Assembly (NCBI RefSeq): GCF_964194155.1
Contig: NC_135900.1
Span: forward strand, 29,202,001-29,266,000
From: Cetorhinus maximus
Lineage: Eukaryota
DNA: 64,000 bases
Reading direction: 5' to 3'
This document shows positions 39,675-52,085 of this stretch, piece by piece (position 1 is the first letter of the stretch; each line of letters starts with the position of its first letter). The translations under genes and the position numbers were made by a program. A model generated the notes under the pieces. That model was not told the origin of the DNA and ran no database searches. It worked only from the letters and a program-made list of their open reading frames with translations.

Positions 39675-40381
39675 ATGAGCATTCCCACCTCTGACTTAAT
39701 TGGGGCAGAAGTGGGAAGACAGCGGGGTCCTCACCCGCCACCCTCCCACCTCCAAACTCACCTCAGGGGAGGGCATTAAATTCTGCCTGGTGTGCACAGA
39801 AGAGACATTGTGTGCAAGGACATGCAAAGTGTAACTGCATTTGCCAAATCTTCACGTGCTGTGAACAATAATCCATTTCTCCAGTCCCGGTAGATGATGA
39901 CATACATTCAGTTCTATGGGCACTGGCAGCTCTCCACTATTTCGCCCAAGTGGTAATTCCTAGCACAGGAGTTTTGATGGTGAGTGTCAGCACATACATT
40001 TAAGAATAATGGTGCTGTTCTCATTTTTCAGCAGGGGCCGTTGAATCTAGTGGTAGATCTAGTGGATACGATGATCCTTAGGTGGCACTTAACCACTCTA
40101 ACACCAAACTTCTGAGGTCAGCTGTCATGCCCCACTACTAATGCAACTAAGATTTGCTAAATCAGTGTAGATCAGAGATCATAAATACCTAATCTGTATT
40201 GTTCAGATATTGCACAAATCCAAATGACTACTGTATGAGACCAAAAGTTCTCCTTTATTGCTCCACCAATGTACCCGAAGTCCAAGAAGGGAATTTTAAT
40301 CTTTTCTGCCTGGCAGAAAATAAGAGTAATGCAAGTTAAACATCCAAGCAGTAGGTTGACTGAGAGAATGAGCGCGACATT

Positions 40382-40421
40382 GTGTGTGCGTGTGCGTGTT
40401 TGTGTGTGCGAGAGAGAGAGA
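40382..40421. repeat. Compound (GT/GC)n-(GA)n microsatellite
   Basis: gtgtgtgcgtgtgcgtgtttgtgtgtgcgagagagagaga. Confidence 0.85.
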
Positions 40422-41029
40422 GGCTTTCATTCCATTAGTCCAGACTGGTTTGAACCCACCGCTCACCGGTGAAAGCAGAGCATGTTGCTAGTGCTGCCCA
40501 GTCTTGAACTCTACCTTTCATACATGCTCTTCTACCATTGCATCCTACTGTGAAATCATTCATAAAAATGAAATAAAGCATCTCTGTTTACTAGAGAATT
40601 TCATCTCTGAATCAATAGCAGCAACTGAAAACACAAAAACATACAGGCTGGTCTTTTATACACTGTATCGATCAAGAACAAATCAGTTTTTTGATAACTT
40701 TGCATTGTGCCCAGTCACTATTTACTTTGGGAGCAATAAATTATAGATTTTGGGCCCTATTTTATACCAGAGTTCATGGCACAGGACAATAATCACATTT
40801 TTACACAACTTTTAAATGGCAGGGGAGGAGGGTGGCGAAGAGAAGGTAATCTCATCAACCCTCGCACCACTCATCTGTTGGGTTCCGCCAGCAAATCAAC
40901 AATCACCATCCTCTTCCACATCTCCTTCCAAAATGTTCGCGTTCAAACAAGACCCATTTCATCTGTGATCTTATTGCGGATGATTACATTAATATTGTGG
41001 CTTTGGTAGATGCTTTGTTCTGGTGATAC

Positions 41030-41705
41030 AGAAATTGAATATTGCTGCAAACAGCCAAAGAGTCGTACTATTTGATACAATCAGTCAGTCATTGGGATGT
41101 ACAGCCTACATACCTGGCATCACACCGGCATTGAAATTCATATACTACATTACTCATTTGTGTGGTAGGCAGAATGTCTTTTTGGCTTCTTCAAAGCATT
41201 CTGTTAGTGGAGAATGCCAGTCGTGTTCCTACTGCATAGTAGCAGCGTGAAATAGCTAGCTCCATCTGTTGCTCAAGTTTTTGAGACACCTTACCCTTCC
41301 AGGATAACTTGAGGTAGACTGGGCACTTTTCAGGATTGAAGGTGATGGCCTTAAGCCCATTCATGAGTTTGCATGAAGGTAGGCTTGACATAGACAGGTA
41401 GTAGAGAACCCATTAGTGGATTTCTCATCTAGCACGTTGAGAAAAGGGAGCCTGTTAGACTACTCCATTTCAAAGATGAATTTGAGTGCAGGATGGAGCT
41501 CATTAAGATCTATAAGAAAATTCTTACATGTAGCTGAAGATTCAAATATAACAAATGTATCATCCACATGTCGGAAATATGCAAGGGGTAGGAAGTTAGG
41601 AGTCATTCCATCGAAAACGCATTTCCTGTGGAAACTGAAGAAAATGTTAATGAGAGTTGGGCCTAGAGTGGATCCAATGTATTACCATCTATTTGGGCAT
41701 ACATG
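41030..41705 (-). mobile_element. Penelope-like retroelement fragment (RT plus GIY-YIG endonuclease)
   Basis: Reverse strand reads QIDG..GSTLGPTLINIF..AYFRHVDDTF..HPALKFIFEME..LPFLNVL and, further on, SNVVYEFQCRCDARYVGCT. Confidence 0.85.
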
Positions 41706-43129
41706 AGGAAACGTTGATTAGTGATTTCATAGGTGCAACTGCTAAGTACAAATAGGTGTACAAAGAAGGCAAACACACAGCTTTGCTTGTGAGCACTAAA
41801 GCATCAAGTTTATATGGAAGAAAATGCTACCTATTAGCTTTACAAGTAGTAGCAATCCTTTCACTGCGAAAGCTCCCAGCTCTCAGTTTCTCCTGAGATT
41901 TGCCCATTGGAAAAAATACTAACGCTCAAGCAATATCAATAGCATTCTCATCAATCATTACTGGTCTTGCTCTCCATAATCACATAAACTGTTGAGCACG
42001 ACATGGTAATTCTTCTAGACAAACCTCCTTAGTCATGACAAGGTCATGGTATTAAATTCATGAGCATCAGTAAGGCAATCTGTGTATGTTTAAACATAAT
42101 TACTTGCAGCTGGCACCAAGTCGATGGAACCCTTCCAACAACAGCTGCGCTTGCACTGCATTTTAAAAGTCATTTCTTACATTAGAAATTCCGAATTCAG
42201 CAAAGTCATGTGCAAAGAGACTACTTCATGATTTTACAAATGCAGCAGCATAAATACTTGTCTTCCTCTAATTTTTTCAATCAGTAACTCATTTGTAGGC
42301 TACAACTGACCTCTCCTTTCTGTTTGAAAAATAGCCCGTCGTTTCCTCAAGGTCTGGAAAATAAGTACTGCAAAAATATTGAATGTGATGAATAAATTAG
42401 CCCTGTCTATTTAAAAAAATAAAATATAATAAAAGGCATAACATACAATAGGCTGGGTTATGCAGCAAAATATAATGGCAAGGCTAACAGTCTCACCATT
42501 ACTGATTTGTAAATTGGATAGCAATTTCCGGCAGCCATACATGTGTAGTTAAAAGTGTAAATAAGGAAGCTGTGCCCAAGATGGGCTGCACCTCCAAAAG
42601 CTGCGCAATAATGGCATCTCGTGATCTAACTCACCATTCAAAAACATTGAACAGTGTGAAGCTGCTGTACCTGATAGATAGACACCAAACATGTCAGAAA
42701 AACTTATGGCTTATCTCTTTTAACAGTGTCCTAATTGCTGCCAAACAACTACTTTGGCACTGAAAATGAACGTTTACAAGTGTGACAGCTAAATCCTTGA
42801 AATTTTCATCATCATTGGAGATACAAAAGATTTAAAAAAACAATCTTTTTTTTACCTTTTCTGTCTCTTATTTCTCTCTCTCTCTTAATCCTGCCTTTGT
42901 TTCCCTCTCTTTATTTTGATTTCTGTGCCTGATTTGACATTGAATTAAACATTCTAACTGACATTTTCTGGTTCATATTCTGCACTGTTCATTAACAATT
43001 CTTCAATCTGATTGGTTAAGGAGATACATAGATGCTTGCCACATTCATACAGCTCCCTGATCCCCTGTAGAAGGTGCTGTGCTTTTTTGACGGTTGGCGG
43101 ACAGGAAATTTAAGTACAAAAGCACCTAA

Positions 43130-44287
43130 GAACAAGAAAGACTTGCATTTATATAGCACCTTTCACAACCTCACAAGGCCCCAAAGTACTCTACAGCCAA
43201 TAAAGTACTTTTGAACTGTGGTCACTGTTGTAACGTATGAAACACAGCAGCTAATTTGCATAGACTGAGCTCCCACTAACAGCCAATGTGATAATGACTG
43301 GATAATCTGGTTTAGTCATGTTGAGGGATAAATATTGGCCGGGTCATTGGAAATAACTCTCCTGTTCTTCTTCCAAATAGTACCATGAGATATTTTACAT
43401 CCACTGAGAGAGCAGATGGGTCTCTGTTTAATGCCTGAACCAAAAGACAGCAGGCTGCATTTTACAGTGCAAACGCTGGGCGTGCTTTCGGCAGGAAGGG
43501 TGAAGGCGGGGGAGGTGGACATAAACTCATCTCCAAGCTCACTCCCATAATAGAGGCAGTGGGTGGGTGCCAAAATCAGCAGCCCACCCACCATATTTAA
43601 ATAGGTAATCAAGGGTCAATTAGGCTTGTTACCAAACCAATTGACTCTGATAATATACTGCCCACGCCATAAAAACATTTGGCGTGGGGAGTCGGCAGCC
43701 TGGTTTTTTAAATAAATTTGGCAAAGGGCAGGAAGGAAGGGGGTTCTATTTTCGGCAGCTGCCCTTTGCAGATCGGGAGGTAGACCCCCTCAGATAGAAC
43801 CCCCTCTTTTTTTCCGACCTATCTGCAGCCTGCAATCTACCACCCCCAACCTCCTGTCCCCCACTTCCCATCCTGTTCAAACCCTCCCCGACCAAGATTT
43901 ACCTGTTTCGGGGGTCCATTGGGCCCTCTTCTTCCCTGTTGTAGTCCCAACAGTGCCCACTTAAGCACTCTTGGTGCTGCCAGGACTGATGAGGGCGGTA
44001 GTCCCACTCAGCCCTTGTGTACCCCACCCACAGTTATGGCTGCGGAATGGGCCAACGTGGAATGGGTCTACTCCGTGCTGAATTTGCTTTGGGGCGGAGG
44101 GGGGAGCTGCCCGTGGAGGCCCTGCCCCCACCCTTTAATATTCAGCCCAGTATCTCCAACAGTGCAGCAGTGACTCAGTACTGCATTGAAGTGCCTGGCT
44201 TAAATTTTGTGCTCAAGTTTCTGGAGGGAGATTTGAACTCCCAAGCTTTTGTCTCAGAGATAAGAATACCAACTGAGCCATGCTGAA
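43130..44287 (-). mobile_element. SacSINE1-like tRNA/Deu SINE split by a MITE
   Basis: L2-like tail GACTTGCATTTATATAGCACCTTTCAC at 43140 and tRNA head TTTGAACTC...AACTGAGCCA at ~44233-44280. The halves rejoin as GACAGC|ATCTCC. Confidence 0.8.
43452..44148. mobile_element. Harbinger-like MITE (~700 bp)
   Basis: AGGCTGCATTTTACAG / TTTAATATTCAGCCC, flanked by AGC / AGT. Confidence 0.8.
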
Positions 44288-45649
44288 GTCTTTAGACAAG
44301 TACAAGTATGAAAAAAGGCCAACTGTTCATTCACCACTGACCACAATAACTGGCCCAATGTCCAAATCTAAAACTGTGAAGTTACTAGTTAACAACTGAT
44401 ATTTATTAACACTGCAACAGTAACACATGACAAACAAAAGATTTGCAGTCATGTGCTAAATTAAAGTTAGGGCATATAGACTATGGGGAGAGAGTCGGAC
44501 TAATTGAATAGCACAACCAAAGAGTGGTCACAATTGGCCAAATAGCCTCCTTCTGCGACGCATCATTCTATCATGTGGAGACTGATATAAGCCATAACAA
44601 GTTTCACTTGTGATCACTGTGTACCTATTATATTAAAATAAAATTACATTAAATTGTTTTGATTTGAAACCAATTTAATCACAAAAGATACAACATTGTC
44701 AAAAAGCAACTGGATTTCTGTAGGGGTTCTCTGGTGCAAGAATGGCAAATAACCTGGAGAAACGTTATGAAAAGGTGGAAAGATCCATTTATGCCATTTC
44801 TCTAGGGGTCTGTTGGTCTTCCTCTGAAATTATGGCAAAAGTTTGAAAGAATCCCACAGAAATCATGGTCTCTTGTTCTTGAAATATAAATGTAGATGAC
44901 CATCTTAAGCAGTTAGGGGTAGAAATTTGTCCTAAGTGATTGTGCAAAATGGGCAATATCAGATCAGCCACTCTTTTTAGAGTGCCATATGTAGTTCCAT
45001 TGACTGCACATTCTCATACAGCGCAGTTTGATAGGGATATGAAGAATCTTTTAAATAGCCCACTACAGGTGAAAGAAATAGTACGCTCGTTAAAAAAAAA
45101 TTTGGTCGAAGTGCTATAAAGATATTTTATTAAACGTTCCATGGTAGTGCTGCATTTTTAATGTATTCTATGCTGTGCAGCAGACAAACAGCAGTGCTTT
45201 GGGTTATTTTGAAACTATTGATTTTACAGAAAATCTTTAGCTAAATTACACTTACGAATTCAGGTGACAATAGAATATAAAGTACATTTATAAGAGTGAA
45301 TTGAATGATTTTGGGTATACTACACTTCAGCAGAAGTTATGCCCCATTGTTCCTTTTTTCACCACTCAGATCTTCATGCAAGGCCACAATGGCTTTCTCC
45401 CAAGGTACTTCGACCTCCACTGTTAGCAAATTTCTAGGAGATGAAAAATAACAGTCTGTTGGGGGCACTCCAACCCTGATAATCTCACTGGACAGCAGTC
45501 ATGTTGGTACCATGCCCACCAGTATCCTTTAGCACTGATATGATAGTTGTGGGGTAAATGGAATGGTATCTAAATTGCAAAGGGATGCAAACACTGTAGG
45601 GTTTTCATTTCTGGTGTTGACTTACTATGATGAGGAGAAGAGGGAGGAG

Positions 45650-46483
45650 TCGGAGAGGTGGTGGCGCCAAATTTCAGCCATAGGCCCTTTGGTTCACTTT
45701 GGAAAGTGGCCAATCAGATATTTCAAGAGAATTACCATTCTTCAGGTCTGTTTGCTTGGCATGGTGCCAAACCTCCTGCCCAATCCCTGACCCCCATGGT
45801 GTTGTCTAATTACACCCTTCCAAACACCTCACTGTGTGCATCGCCTTCCACGCCTACTCCAACTCCTGGCTGAACTTGTGAAGAGGCAATTCCTGGAGAA
45901 AGGAGTCCCTGCACCTGGCTCCATTGCCTACAACAAATATAAGGGGCTGCATCTCATGGGATGCTGTGGTCCCAGCTAAAAAGTAAGGGAAGCCTGCTCA
46001 TTATTCCAATGGCTGCCCCGCAGCAATTTAACACTAATTGTTTTAAGGCAAGACTTCCGCCCCTATCTCAATAGGAAGTCCTGCCTTAGAGAGCTGCCAC
46101 CAATCAAATGGCCAGCATCTGCAGTCCCAGCCACAAGTGTTGGCCACTTCTGGGGCTACAGGTAGTCCCACCATGTCGAGGAGCCCAGTTAAGTCCAGGA
46201 TCAGGGGTCTCAGCAAGGCAGGTGAAGGGCCAGGTTAACAAGGCCAGGGGGGAGGGTTAAGTGGGGGGGAATGACCTTGTTGGGGTAGGGGGGGAGGTAC
46301 TTCCGATGGGCCTAGGGAACCTACAAAGGAGGTTCCTCCAACTCTAGCCCTTCATCAAGCTGCACAGCTAAAGCTGTCAGGCTTCCTGCATGGCATGGGT
46401 GTCCATCTGCCATGGGTAAAAAACTGGCAGTAGCGGGATGGGCCCTTAAGTGATCCATTACTGGGGAGTGTAAAGTCCAGCCC
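45650..46483. mobile_element. Decayed Harbinger-like MITE
   Basis: Right end GTAAAGTCCAGCCC. Internal blocks shared with the 2869, 18758 and 43452 elements. Left end uncertain. Confidence 0.55.
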
Positions 46484-46602
46484 AAGGTGTGGAATTTGGG
46501 TGTAAAATCTCAGAAGACACTGGAACCCAGCTGAACAGAGCCCTGATGAGTTACATCAGCCTTCCCCCCAGAGTTAGGATATGAACCCCAACAGAACCTT
46601 TT

Positions 46603-47081
46603 GACATGATCTGTGCAGCTTTCTTCACATGCACCTATCAGAGTGCAGACTGCGATACTATCACTCACTTGTCAGTAACAGTGTGAAGGTGCAACCACAG
46701 AAACTAATAATTCCAAACGCAATGGCATGCCTCGCACCAACATTCCATGCACAAGGGATGACGACAAATGTCAGAAGTGCTCATAAGCTCTCAGCTAGGC
46801 CCTTCCACCTGAGGGCTCACCAGATAACACTGATGAAGCATGAAAGTCTCTGCAGTCAATCACCTATACAGTAACCGTGTTTGGCAAAGAAAAAATCAGG
46901 AACAAAGATTGATTTGAGGCCTAGCTTGCTGAAATGACTCCTGCCATTGATGCAAAGAGCACAGTTCACCTGACTTACAACCAGTCTCCTAACTTTAAAG
47001 TGTTACAATCTCATATTAGCCAAAGCAGTTATGAAAAAGGCAGCAAGGTATTGTGTGCCAGCAAGCATTGGGCCAATCTGT
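46603..47081 (+). repeat. 479-bp near-identical duplicate of RTE segment 48352-48830
   Basis: Constant offset of 1749 bp, five substitutions counted, no indels. Confidence 0.95.
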
Positions 47082-48236
47082 ATTCTTTTCCTCTTGTAGG
47101 ACCATTTCTAGCCTCTCGGTATGATTATGGAAACTATGTGGAATAAGAGCTCTTCTCGAGTTCTGTGCTGAAAAATGTGAAGTGTCTGATTTTAAAAAGT
47201 TGTACATTCTTTTATCATTCACAATTTGTTTGGAACAATACAAAAAACCCTCTTAGGTTAACGATATTCAAAGCTGCCTGTGTTACATTTAGCTTGGCAT
47301 TAATCATTTCTGTGATTAATTAATGACGTTTTCATCAACTACCACCCTTTTTTCCAAATTTAATTTGTTGCACGCTCAGTTTAATCCATATTGATCACAC
47401 TTTTGAGAACACCAGCCTTCAAGTTCAATGGCAGCCATTCTTACTATATTGTTCTTTTAAGTAAAACTACACATCCACATTGCATCAAACTAATCAATCG
47501 AAAACCACTGTGTGTTCTCTATGGAGGTTTGTGCTTTTCACTAAAGATATATGCTTCAATGGCTGGAAGATTTATTTGGTTCTCATCAATAAAATAGCCT
47601 CTCGCTGCAACACTACAACAGCATAAAACTAGGCATCCAAAGAAACTCTAGATAAAAAATGGCTTTTAATTAATCAATCAATTAATAGGTAGTAGGCATT
47701 CTTTGATCCACACTTATACACAGATTTCTGCACTATAATGTTAAATTGTTTCATTAGTATTGGAAAAAAGATAGCACTACAGGAATAAACATTACTGGTA
47801 AATTGAATATATGAAACATCTCAAAGCTTACATGGGATAAACGTGTGCTTCTTTCTAACACTGGAAGATTCATTTAATGGTTAAAAATGTGCAACGTGGT
47901 TTTATACACTGCTATTATATGCTGCAAGGAACATAAAGGGATAATTCGACAATCCGGGGGAGGAGCCTAGTTCACAAGGAGCATTGGCTGAAGAATCAGG
48001 GCTCCATCTCTGACTCACTCTCCCTATGAACATGGCTGCACCATCCTCCTCCTGTCTTCACAAAAATCATTCCCAAAGCTTACCAGTTCCATTTTTTGGA
48101 TGGGTCTGCATTGATTCTCATAAGTAACTCTAATTAGGGCACTATTTTCACTTCCAGTAAGCAGATTGCATACACTGCCTGCTCAGTGTTGTGGAACACC
48201 AAAATTGCATTGGAGCATAAATACAGCATTTGTGCA

Positions 48237-49765
48237 CAGTGCGCACTTTGCATTGCCAACATCTTCTTCCAGGGCAGACATTGGCACAAGGTGTCATGGC
48301 ACCATCTAAGATCTGGCCACTGGCACCAACTTGACCTGATAATCACCAGAAGACATGATCTGTGCAGCTTTCTTCACACGCACCTATCAGAGTGCAGACT
48401 GCGATACTATCACTCACTTGTCAGTAACAGTGTGAAGGTGCAACCACAGAAACTAATAATTCCAAATGCAATGGCATGCCTCGCACCAACATTCCATGCA
48501 CAAGGGATGACGACAAATGTCAGAAGTTCTCATAAGCTCTCAGCTAGGCCCTTCCACCTGAGGGCTCACCAGATAACACTGATGAAGCATGAAAGTCTCT
48601 GCAGTCAATCACCTATACAGTAACCGTGTTTGGCAAAGAAAAAATCAGGAACAAAGATTGATTTGAGGCCTAGCTTGCTGAAATGACTCCTGCCATTGAT
48701 GCAAAGAGCACAGTTCACCTGACTTACAACAAGTCTCCTAACTTTAAAGTGTTACAATCTCATATTAGCCAAAGCAGTTATGAAAAAGGCAGCAAGGTAT
48801 TGTGTGCCAGCAAGCATTGGGCCAGTCTGTGTGAACAAATACAAACAGCTAGTGATTATGGTAACTTTTGCATTATGTATGATGGCACCAAAAGAGCACT
48901 TGGCCCCACCATCACCAAAGTTGCACCTTTGAAATCCACAGATGGGGAAGTATTTACTGACAGGAACAGACAATTGGCCTGCTGGGTAGAGCACTACTCT
49001 GAGCTATACTCACATGAGACGGATGCCTCTCTGCCTGTGCTAGCTTGATGATCTTCTGCAGCTATCTGCATGCATAAGCTTGATGCAGGACACTCATTAT
49101 TCGACTTTGATAAGGCCAGCACCTCCCTAGCAGCAAGGAAAACACCTGGAAATGATGGAATTCCAGCTGAGCTACTCAAGTATGGAAAATCCCACCTGAT
49201 GCCTTAGCTCCATAGCCTCCTCCTCTGCTGAGAGAAGGCTCCAAAGGGTGATGGATCATGCCCATGCCATGTTCTCCCTCACCATCAGTGTCAAGAAAAT
49301 TGTACCTAGGAACAGGATGTGGCATCTCTGCCAGACTCAGCAACACACCACTGGAAGCAGTCATCAAATTCTGCTACTTGGATCTATGCTGATAGGCAAC
49401 CTGTCTCTTGATGAAGAGCTCAGCACACTTTCACTGACTAATAAAACAGGTATGGAAAAATGACAAACTGATCTGCAAGACCAAGTCGCTTATCTATAAG
49501 GCCAGTTTCCTCAGCACATTCCGGTATGGCAGTGAAGCCTGGACAACTTAAACCTACCAAGAAAAAAGGCTCAATAACTTCCATCTTCGATGTCTAAGAC
49601 ACATCCTTGGCTTCACATGGAAAGACAAAGTCACAAATGAAGCAGGCCTTTCCAGGGCAAACATGCCAAGAATGCTAGCGCTAATCAAGCAGAGTAGGCT
49701 TCACTGGCTTGGGCATGTGCACACGATGGAAGATGGACGCATCCCCACAGATATGCTATAAGGAC
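48237..49765 (+). mobile_element. RTE-clade LINE, decayed
   Basis: LCIANIFFQ..HKVSW.H.RSGHWHQLDLII (APE C-terminus), KTPGNDGIPAELLKYG, YGSEAWT and RLHWLGHVHTMEDGRIP. Confidence 0.9.
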
Positions 49766-49881
49766 AGATAGCTTTGTCAAGAGTGAAAAGAAATATGAAA
49801 TCGTGACAATGTCACAGGCAGAGGTAAGAGATCCCACAACCAACACATCAGGTCAAAGTTCCATAGTCCTGCCACTTTCTG

Positions 49882-51907
49882 TCATGAATGGTGGTGGACA
49901 ATTAAACGGCTAACCAGAGGAGAAGACTTCACAAATATCCCCATCCTCAATGATGAGAGAGCCCTGCACATCAGTGCAAAAGGCATGGCTGAACCATCTG
50001 CAATTAACTTCAGCCAGAAGTACCAAATGGATGATCCATCATGGCCTCCTCCTGAGTTCCCCAGCATCATGGATACCAGTCTTCAGCCAACTCAATTCAC
50101 TCCATGTGATATGAAGAAATGGCTAAAGGCACTGGATACTGCAATGGATATAAGCCCTGACATCATCCTGGCAATAGTACTGAAGATTTGTGCTCTAGAA
50201 CTAGCCACGCCCTTGGCCAAGCTATTCCAGTACAGCTACAACCCTGGCATCTACCTGACAATGTGTAAAGTTGCCCAAAAAAGTCCTGACCACAAAAAGC
50301 AGGACAAACCCAATCCAGCCAATTACTGCCCTATCTGCCTACCCTCGATAGAAGTGATAGAAGGTGTTGTTGACAGTGCTATCAAGCTTGCTCAGAAATC
50401 TTACTCAGAAATAACCTTCTCACTGTTGCTCAATTTGGGTTCCTTCAGGGCCACTCAACTCCTGACCTCATTACAGCCTTGGTTCAAACATGGACAAAAG
50501 AGCAGGACTCAAGAGGAGCTGTGTGACTGGCCTTGACATCAAGACAGCATCTGACAGAGTGTGGCATCAAGGAGCTTTGGCAAAGTTGAAGTCAATGGGA
50601 ATCCGGGAAAAACACTGGTTGGAGTCATACTTAGCATAAGAGAAGATAGTTGTAGTTGTTAGAGGCCATCTTCTCAGTCCTAGGACATCACTGCAAGAGT
50701 TCCTCAGGGCAGTGTCTTAGGTACAACTATCTTAAGCTGCTTCATCAATGATCTTCCCTCGATCATAAGGTCAGAAATGGGGATGTTAGCTGCTGATCAT
50801 ACAATGTTCAGGACCATTCGCAACTCCTCAGACACTGAAGCAGTGCGTGTCCATATGCAACAAGACCTGGATAACATACAGGCTTGGGCTTATAAATGGC
50901 AAGTTTTGCGCCACACAAGTGCCAGTCAATGACATCTCCAGAAGACAGAATCTAACCATCTCCCCATGATATTCAATGGCATTCCCATCTCTGAATCCCC
51001 CACTATCAACATCCTGGGGGCTACCACTGGCCAGAAACTGAACTGGACCAGCTATATCAATACTGTGGCCACAAAAGCAGGTCAAAGGCTGGGGATTCTA
51101 TGGAGAATAACTCACCTCCTGACTCCCCAAAGCCTGTCCACCATCTCCACAGCACAAGTCAGGAGTGTGATGGAATACTCTCCACTTTCCTGGATGAGTG
51201 GGGCTCCAACGACACTCAAGAAGTTCAACACCATGCAAGGCAAAGCAGCCTGCTTGATTAGCGCCCCATCCACCACTTTAAACATTCACGCCCTCCATCA
51301 CCAACATACAATGGCAGCAGTGTGTACTATATACAAGATGAACAGCAATAGCTCACCAAGCTTCGACAGCACCTTCCAAACTCTCAAACTCTGTCATCAA
51401 GAAGGGCAAGGATACCTGACACTTTTGAACACCCCCACCTGTAACTTCCCCTCCAAGCCACACACCATTCTCACTTAGAACAATATCGCCATTCTTTCAC
51501 TGTCATTGGATCAAAATCCCAAAACTCCCTTCCTAATAGCAATATGGGTGTCCTGCACCTGATGGAGAACGTAGGAGGAGTAGGCCATTTGGCCCTTTGA
51601 GCCAGCTCCACCATTCAATAAAATCATGGCCAATCTGGTTACTGTCTCAGCTCCACTTTCCTGTCTGCCCCCCATAACCCTTGACTCCCTTGCCTAACAA
51701 AAATCTGTCTAACTCTGCCTTCAATAAAGGCCTAACCTCCACTACTTTCTGGGGAAGAGAATGCCACACATCAACAACCCTTTGGGTGAAAAGGTTTCTC
51801 CTTATCTCTGCCTTTAAACGGCTCATCACCACCTTCCCACGGGCAATTAGGGGTGGGCAACAAATGTTGACCTTGCCCATAATGCTCATATCCCATGAAA
51901 GAATAAA
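49882..51907 (+). mobile_element. CR1 LINE (family B), with a reverse CR1-A 3' fragment at ~51567-51817
   Basis: ORFs 49985-50536 (KPNPANYCPICL) and 50966-51478 (QVRSVMEYSPLSW). Tail ATCCCATGAAAGAATAAAA. Confidence 0.9.
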
Positions 51908-52085
51908 ACAAAACTCTAGCTGACAACTAATGCAAATGATGAGACCAGCTGTGGGCAGGAGTTCACCACCACGATGACATGCGGTTTCAGGAGCTCCACA
52001 GCAGACACCAGCCATGTAAATAAGGTCCCAGCAGCGATCATCCTGCACCACAGCCAAGGGACAAAAGTTGCACTTTTCCGTCATA

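Noticed and set aside
40422-40503. LF-SINE-like tRNA head on the minus strand
   Set aside because: Too short and degenerate to assign.
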